The position numbers and the translations under genes are program-made. A stretch of 64,000 bases of DNA, from NCBI GenBank assembly GCA_027365105.1, contig DAHXNZ010000002.1, positions 85,916 to 149,915 of the forward strand, given 5' to 3'. This DNA comes from Thermoplasmata archaeon (GTDB lineage Archaea > Thermoplasmatota > Thermoplasmata > Lutacidiplasmatales > UBA184). A model generated the notes under the pieces. It searched no databases, had not been told where the DNA came from, and saw nothing but the letters and a program-made list of their open reading frames with translations. Each line of letters begins with the position of its first letter. The stretch's first letter is position 1. Below, piece by piece: positions 58,153 to 64,000 of this stretch.

Positions 58153-58520
58153 CCCCGCTCCGAGGGTCTGCCCCCCGGAGGAGCGGCCGGCCGGGCCTCC
58201 GACCAACCGGGGAACGGGATCCCGGCGCCGGCGGGTCGCCGCGCCCCCCGCAGGGCTCCGATCGACGGGGAGGGTCGGACACCGGAGGAGTTCGAGGACC
58301 GCCGCGGCGGGGGGGACCGCTCGCGGGGGGGCCCGACCCGTGCCCGGGGCGACGATCTCCCCCGGGCCAGGCGGACGGACCCGAGCCCCGGCCGGAGGAC
58401 GAGCGGGGAGTCGGCTCCTCGGGAAAAGGCCCGGCGGCGGGGCCCGGAGGGCCGAGCCGATCGCGTTTGGAAGGCCGACCGCCTCGCGTCCAGCGCCCCG
58501 GGAACCCCGGCGCCGGTCCG

Positions 58521-58546
58521 TTAAATAATGTGGCATTTTCCCACAT
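58521..58546 (+). promoter_or_regulatory. TATA-like box TTAAATAA followed by the inverted repeat ATGTGG-N7-CCACAT, candidate promoter/operator of the wtp-like operon
   Basis: Read directly. It is the only AT-rich element in an otherwise extremely GC-rich 375-bp intergenic region. It ends 3 nt before the in-frame ATG at 58549. Confidence 0.4.
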
Positions 58547-59619
58547 CCATGTCGCCCCGGACCCAGCGGCTCTGGACGGTCGTCGCCCTGATCGTTGTGC
58601 TCGTCGCCGGGGCGGCCGGAGGCTGGTACGCCCGGGGCTCGTCCTCGAGCCCTCCGGGCCTCTCCGGGTCGACCCTCTGGGTGGGCGCCGCCGGCACGCT
58701 GGCCCCGGTGCTGCCGGGACTCGGGGCCACGTTCGCCCGGGAGACGCCCGGGGTCGAGGCGCCGGCCGCCGCGCAGACCTTCGAGGGGAGCATCGCCCTC
58801 CTGAAGTCGATCGCAAGCCTGGGGGTCCGTTACGACGTCGCGGCCGTCGCCGACTACCGGCTGATCCCCGAACTCCTCGAGCCCCGGGGCGCCGCCTGGG
58901 AACTCGTCCTGGCCACGGATCCGATGGTCCTGGTCTACAACCCCTCGGTCCCGGCGTTCGCCGGGATCACCGCGGCGAACTGGGCGGCCCGGCTCCAGTC
59001 GCCGGGGATCCTCCTGGGGGTCGCCAACGCCTCGATCGATCCGCTCGGGTACGCCGAGATCTTCGCGCTGGAACTCGCGGGGTCCGCCGGCTCGGGCGTG
59101 GCGAACGCTTCGGGACTGTACTCCCACTTTTACGGGGGCGCCCCGGGGGGCCTCGCGACGCCCCACCCGGCCACGACCCGGATCGCTCCCGAGGCCGAGG
59201 CGGCCGCGTTGATCCGGACCGACTCCGTGTCGGCGTTCCTGATCTACCGATCCTACGCGCTCGCCTCGAACCTGAGCTACGTGACGCTGCCCTGGACGGT
59301 CGGTATGGGATCGACCAACCGGACCGCCCTCGCCCGGTACGCCGCCGCGACGACCGAGATCGAGGGCTCGGCGGGCCTCCAGCGGGTGACCGGGAGCCCG
59401 ATCCTGTTCGCCGTCACGGTCCCCGCCTCCGCGCCCGATCCGGCGCTCGGCCAGCTCTTCGTCGCCTACCTCCTCTCTCCGGCGGCCCGCGCGGCACTGG
59501 CGGCCACCGGGTTCGGGCCGATCTTCCCCGCCTGGGCCGACCATCCGTCGGCGCTCCCCTCGGTGCTCGGCGCGTTGGCCGTCCCCTTGCCGAGCCCGCT
59601 CTCGGCGGCGGTGGGCTGA
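58528..59619 (+). CDS. wtpA: tungstate/molybdate ABC transporter substrate-binding protein (WtpA-like)
   Basis: N-terminal TM/signal WTVVALIVVLVAGAAGG. AAGTLAPVL...FEGSIALLKSI...YDVAAVADYRLIPELL...VANASIDPLGYAEIFALELAG resembles archaeal WtpA. The true start may be the ATG at 58549, downstream of the TATA box. Confidence 0.75.
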   Translation: MWHFPTSMSPRTQRLWTVVALIVVLVAGAAGGWYARGSSSSPPGLSGSTLWVGAAGTLAPVLPGLGATFARETPGVEAPAAAQTFEGSIALLKSIASLGVRYDVAAVADYRLIPELLEPRGAAWELVLATDPMVLVYNPSVPAFAGITAANWAARLQSPGILLGVANASIDPLGYAEIFALELAGSAGSGVANASGLYSHFYGGAPGGLATPHPATTRIAPEAEAAALIRTDSVSAFLIYRSYALASNLSYVTLPWTVGMGSTNRTALARYAAATTEIEGSAGLQRVTGSPILFAVTVPASAPDPALGQLFVAYLLSPAARAALAATGFGPIFPAWADHPSALPSVLGALAVPLPSPLSAAVG

Positions 59620-59625
59620 GCCACG

Positions 59626-60465
59626 ATGGCGCTCAAGGGCGTGCCGACCGGGATCGCGGCCGCGCTCTCGGCCTCGCTGCTCGGCCTGTTCCTCCTGCCG
59701 CTGGTCGCCCTGTTCATCTTCGCGACTCCCGGTGGGATCCTCGCCGAAGCGGGGAGCCCGGAGTTCTGGAGCTCCCTCGAGGTGACCGTCCAGGCTTCGC
59801 TGATCGCCCTGGCGGTCTCCGTCGGGCTCGGGGTCCCGCTCGGCTACCTCCTCGCCCGACGGAACTTTCCGGGCAAGGCCTGGGTCAGCTCGGCGGTCAC
59901 CCTGCCGGTCCTAGTCCCCCACCTCGTGGTCGGCCTCGCCCTGCTCCTCTGGGTCATGCCGGGCACCGCCGTCGGAGGGCTGCTGGGTCGGGCCGGCCTT
60001 CCGGTCTTCGACACGATCTGGGGCGTCGTCCTGGTCATGGTCTATGTGGGCGCCTCCTATACGGTCCTCGCGAGCGAGCAGGCCTTCCTGGCCGTCGACC
60101 GCGCGACGGTCGAGGCGGTCCGGACCCTCGGGGCGACCCCGACCGACGCCTTCCTCGACGTGACGCTGCCGCTGTCGCTCCGAGGGATCCTCGCCGGGGC
60201 GCTCCTGACCTGGGCCCGCTCGATCAGCGAGATCGGGGGCTTTCTGATCCTCGCCTACACGGTCGTCCCGTCGCCTCCCTACACGGGGCCGGTCACGAAC
60301 CCCGCCCCGGTCTACATCTTCAACCTCTACCAGGAGGGGGCGCTGGGGGCCGCCGCCTCGGCGGCCGCCCTCCTGCTGCTGATCGCCCTCGCGGCCTTCG
60401 TGGCGGTCCGGCTCCTCGAACGGAGCGGGCGGCTCCCCTGGAACCGGGGCGGGGTCGGGGCATGA
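59626..60465 (+). CDS. wtpB: oxyanion ABC transporter permease (WtpB/ModB-like)
   Basis: 279-aa polytopic protein with the EAA-loop-like segment VEAVRTLGATPTDAFLDVTLPLSLRG. Confidence 0.8.
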   Translation: MALKGVPTGIAAALSASLLGLFLLPLVALFIFATPGGILAEAGSPEFWSSLEVTVQASLIALAVSVGLGVPLGYLLARRNFPGKAWVSSAVTLPVLVPHLVVGLALLLWVMPGTAVGGLLGRAGLPVFDTIWGVVLVMVYVGASYTVLASEQAFLAVDRATVEAVRTLGATPTDAFLDVTLPLSLRGILAGALLTWARSISEIGGFLILAYTVVPSPPYTGPVTNPAPVYIFNLYQEGALGAAASAAALLLLIALAAFVAVRLLERSGRLPWNRGGVGA

Positions 60466-61529
60466 CCCGCGACGGGCTGGTGGTCGAGCGGCTCCAGGTC
60501 CGCGTCGGCCGGTTCCGGCTGGGACCGATTTCCGGCCATGTACCGCGCGGTTCGGCCTCGGCCCTGATCGGCCCCAACGGGGCCGGCAAGACGACCCTGC
60601 TCCGGACGATCGCCGGCCTCGCCCCGGCGGCCGAGGGCCGGCTCTGGCTCGATTCGGAGGAGATCACCCTCCGTCCTCCCGAAGGGCGCCATCTCGGCTA
60701 CGTTCCGGCCGGCCTAGGCCTCCTGGCCCACCGCACGGTCGAGGCGAACGTCGCGTACGCGGGTCGGCTCCGGGGCCATCCCTCGGCGCGGAGCGAAGCC
60801 CGGCGCTGGATCCAACGGGTCGGACTCCAGGGACTCGAATCCCGCTATCCCGGGACCCTGAGCTCGGGAGAGCGTCAGCGGGTGGCGCTCGCGAGGGCCC
60901 TGGCCGCCGCCCCCCGGCTCCTCCTCCTTGACGAGCCGATGGCGGCGGTCGACGTCGAGGGGCGGGAGGACCTGATCTCCCTCCTCCGGTCGATCGTCCG
61001 GACCGAGGAGCTGCCGGTCCTCTTCGTCGCCCACGAGCCCCCCACCGTCTGGGGGCTCTCCGATCGGGTGCACCTCCTCGACCGGGGGCGGACCCGGTTC
61101 GAGGGACCCCTCGACCGGTTCCTCGGGGGGCCCCAGAGCCGGTTTGCGGCCCGGTTCCAGGGCCTCGAGAACCTCCCGACTCCGGCGGAGATCGACCGGC
61201 TTCCCCCGGCCTCCATCCTCCGCAAGCAACTGGAGGGCTGTCGGGGTCCGGACGGGGTCGCGTTCGCGGCCGGATCGGTGGCGATCGCCCCCGAAGACGG
61301 TGGGCGGTCGGGGGAGCCGGCCCGGATCCACTCCCTCCGGGCGCTCGGGCGGCGGAGCCTCCTGGTGGTGGAGGCGCACGGCCTGCGGCTCCTCGGCGAA
61401 TGGGACGGCCCCGGCGCCCCCCCCTCGGTCGGCGACCGGGTTCGGGTCAGTTTGAATACCGACGAGCTCCATTCCCTCGGGAAGGAGGACGACGCCGATG
61501 CCCCAGAAGCCGTGGCTGACCCCGCTTGA
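60462..61529 (+). CDS. wtpC: oxyanion ABC transporter ATP-binding protein (WtpC/ModC-like)
   Basis: Walker A GPNGAGKTT, signature LSSGERQRVALARAL, Walker B LLLLDEP, and a C-terminal TOBE-like extension. ATGA overlap with the permease gene. The tracked 1647-aa ORF upstream of 60462 is a shadow frame. Confidence 0.85.
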   Translation: MTRDGLVVERLQVRVGRFRLGPISGHVPRGSASALIGPNGAGKTTLLRTIAGLAPAAEGRLWLDSEEITLRPPEGRHLGYVPAGLGLLAHRTVEANVAYAGRLRGHPSARSEARRWIQRVGLQGLESRYPGTLSSGERQRVALARALAAAPRLLLLDEPMAAVDVEGREDLISLLRSIVRTEELPVLFVAHEPPTVWGLSDRVHLLDRGRTRFEGPLDRFLGGPQSRFAARFQGLENLPTPAEIDRLPPASILRKQLEGCRGPDGVAFAAGSVAIAPEDGGRSGEPARIHSLRALGRRSLLVVEAHGLRLLGEWDGPGAPPSVGDRVRVSLNTDELHSLGKEDDADAPEAVADPA

Positions 61530-62137
61530 CCGAAAGCTCCTCCGGGCTCTGGCCGAGACGAAGACCCTCGTCGGGGCGTGCCGGCGGGTCGGCATCGGCC
61601 GGGACCGGGGGGTCTACCGGATCCGGCGCCTCGAGCAGGGATGGGGACGGCCCGTGACCCGGTCGACCCGGGGGGGCGGAGGGACCGGCGGGACGCGACT
61701 CACCGAGCTGGGCCGAAGGCTCCTGCGCGCCGGCGGCTCCGATCGCCCTTCGGACCCGGCCGGGCGAGGGAACCGACTGACCGGCACCTATCGGGGCGGC
61801 ACGCCGCCGGTCGTGGAGCTCTCGGACGGAGCCCCGCTGGTGGTGGCCTTTCCCGGCCGGCCCGGCACGCCGGTCGGGCTCCGGATCTCGCCGGAGGCCC
61901 TCCTGGTTGCGCCCGGGCGGTTTCCCTCGAGTGCGCGGAACGTGCTGCCGGCGCACGTCGTCCGGCTGCGCCCCCGGCGGAGCGGCCGGGTGGAGGTGAC
62001 CTTCCGGACCGGGGGCCAGCTCCTGCGGGCCCTCGTCACCGACTCGGCGGTCCGGTCGCTGGGCCTGCGGCCGGGCGTGCGGTCCTACCTCTACCTCAAG
62101 GCGACGGCCATCCGCCCGGAGCGGGGGCGGAGCCGGC

Positions 62138-62151
<14 letters not shown>
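61498..62151 (+). CDS. ModE-like molybdate/tungstate-responsive regulator (HTH plus TOBE/Mop domain)
   Basis: LTPLDRKLLRALAETKTLVGACRRVGIGRDRGVYRIRRLE...RGGGGTGGTRLTELGRRLL (ModE N-domain). SARNVLPAHVV...ALVTDSAVRSLGLRPG..SYLYLKATAI (TOBE). It overlaps the wtpC 3' end by 32 nt. Confidence 0.75.
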
Positions 62152-63525
<1,374 letters not shown>

Positions 63526-63529
<4 letters not shown>

Positions 63530-63822
63530 GGCGGACCTCCCGGCTTCTTCGAGCGGTCGAACATCGCGAGGATCCGCTCGGTGACGGCGTACCCGCCGGT
63601 CACGTTCATCGCCCCCATGACCACCGCGACGAACCCGATCGCCTGCTCGAGCGGCGTCTGGGCGATCGCGAGCGCGATCATCGCGCCCACGAGCACGATC
63701 CCGTGGATGAAGTTCGACCCGCTCATGAGCGGGGTGTGAAGCAGGACCGGCACCCGGCTGATGACCTCGTAGCCCAGGAACGCCGAGAGGACGACGACGA
63801 AGAGGGCGGCGTAGACGTCCAT
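63526..63822 (-). CDS. pntAB: NAD(P) transhydrogenase subunit alpha part 2 (membrane domain)
   Basis: 98-aa, 3-TMS protein with HTPLMSGSNFIHGIVLVGA. ATGA overlap with pntB. Confidence 0.85.
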
Positions 63823-64000
63823 CTAGGCCCCTCCTTCCAGCAGCTGCCGGGTCGGCGCATGGCGGACCTGGCCGCCGCTCACCAGGAGGCTCTGGGCGAG
63901 GATCTCATCGGCCGCGTCGGTCACGAGCGCCCCCTCCGGGGTGATCAGCAGGCTGAGGAACGACTGGAGGTTCTTCGCGAACATCTGACTCGCATGGTAC
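63823..64000 (-). CDS. pntAA: NAD(P) transhydrogenase subunit alpha part 1, C-terminal fragment (5' end lies outside the window)
   Basis: My minus-strand translation is ...HASQMFAKNLQSFLSLLITPEGALVTDAADEILAQSLLVSGGQVRHAPTRQLLEGGA*, a typical PntAA C-terminus. The stop is adjacent to the pntAB start. Confidence 0.7.
   Translation of the reverse strand, partial: YHASQMFAKNLQSFLSLLITPEGALVTDAADEILAQSLLVSGGQVRHAPTRQLLEGGA

Noticed and set aside
56586-60461. N-terminal 1290 aa of the 1647-aa plus-strand ORF
   Set aside because: Only the last 355 aa (from 60462) form the ABC ATPase. The upstream part is an alternative frame of the aminopeptidase, wtpA and wtpB genes, and it is Arg/Pro/Gly-rich.

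Overview
This is a very GC-rich, densely coding chromosomal segment, and it looks archaeal. The evidence is an aIF-2 beta gene, deoxyhypusine synthase, a presenilin-like protease, two tRNAs with no encoded CCA, and AT-rich TATA-like boxes 25-55 nt upstream of start codons. Surface proteins carrying 'ESGLPxGTxWSV' repeats suggest a Thermoplasmata-like lineage, but that is only an inference. I saw no rRNA genes and no CRISPR arrays.

Content in order:
- **1-3.7 kb:** housekeeping genes: aldo/keto reductase 3' end, HAD phosphatase, aIF2-beta fused to TRAM, PSH protease, deoxyhypusine synthase, tRNA-Lys.
- **3.8-6.8 kb:** a small lower-GC insert beside the tRNA holding a winged-HTH plus minimal nucleotidyltransferase gene pair, then an uninterpretable stretch, NikR and a small unknown ORF.
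- **6.8-12.1 kb:** thyX, metG, a PHP phosphoesterase, a 1.3-kb unresolved stretch and tRNA-Cys.
- **12.2-23.1 kb:** katG, a PadR/ABC-2 efflux operon divergent from a MarR/MFS efflux operon, dienelactone hydrolase, a membrane protein, an ArsB/NhaD permease and an HNH nuclease.
- **23.1-37.2 kb:** a 14-kb trehalose/alpha-glucan supercluster. The minus strand carries mak-treS-glgE and the plus strand carries glgB-treZ-GH57-treY.
- **37.9-50.5 kb:** a lower-GC, IS-ridden accessory island. It holds two ~763-bp direct repeats of the same truncated transposase fragment bracketing 6.6 kb, a frameshifted IS4/ISH3-like transposase, an IS630 remnant, an ice-binding-like (DUF3494) surface protein, a 1109-aa beta-propeller surface protein, an orphan REC-DUF835-HTH regulator, gene fragments and tiny hydrophobic ORFs.
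- **50.5-64.0 kb:** methyltransferase, sugar nucleotidyltransferase, an ADH plus two aminotransferases, an M1 aminopeptidase, a WtpABC-like oxyanion transporter with a ModE-like regulator, and pntB/pntAB/pntAA.

Many very long ORFs in the six-frame track are Arg/Pro/Gly-rich shadow frames of real genes, and I rejected them. The most system-like unexplained items are the tRNA-Lys-adjacent wHTH/nucleotidyltransferase pair and the repeat-bracketed island. Neither can be assigned a function from sequence alone.
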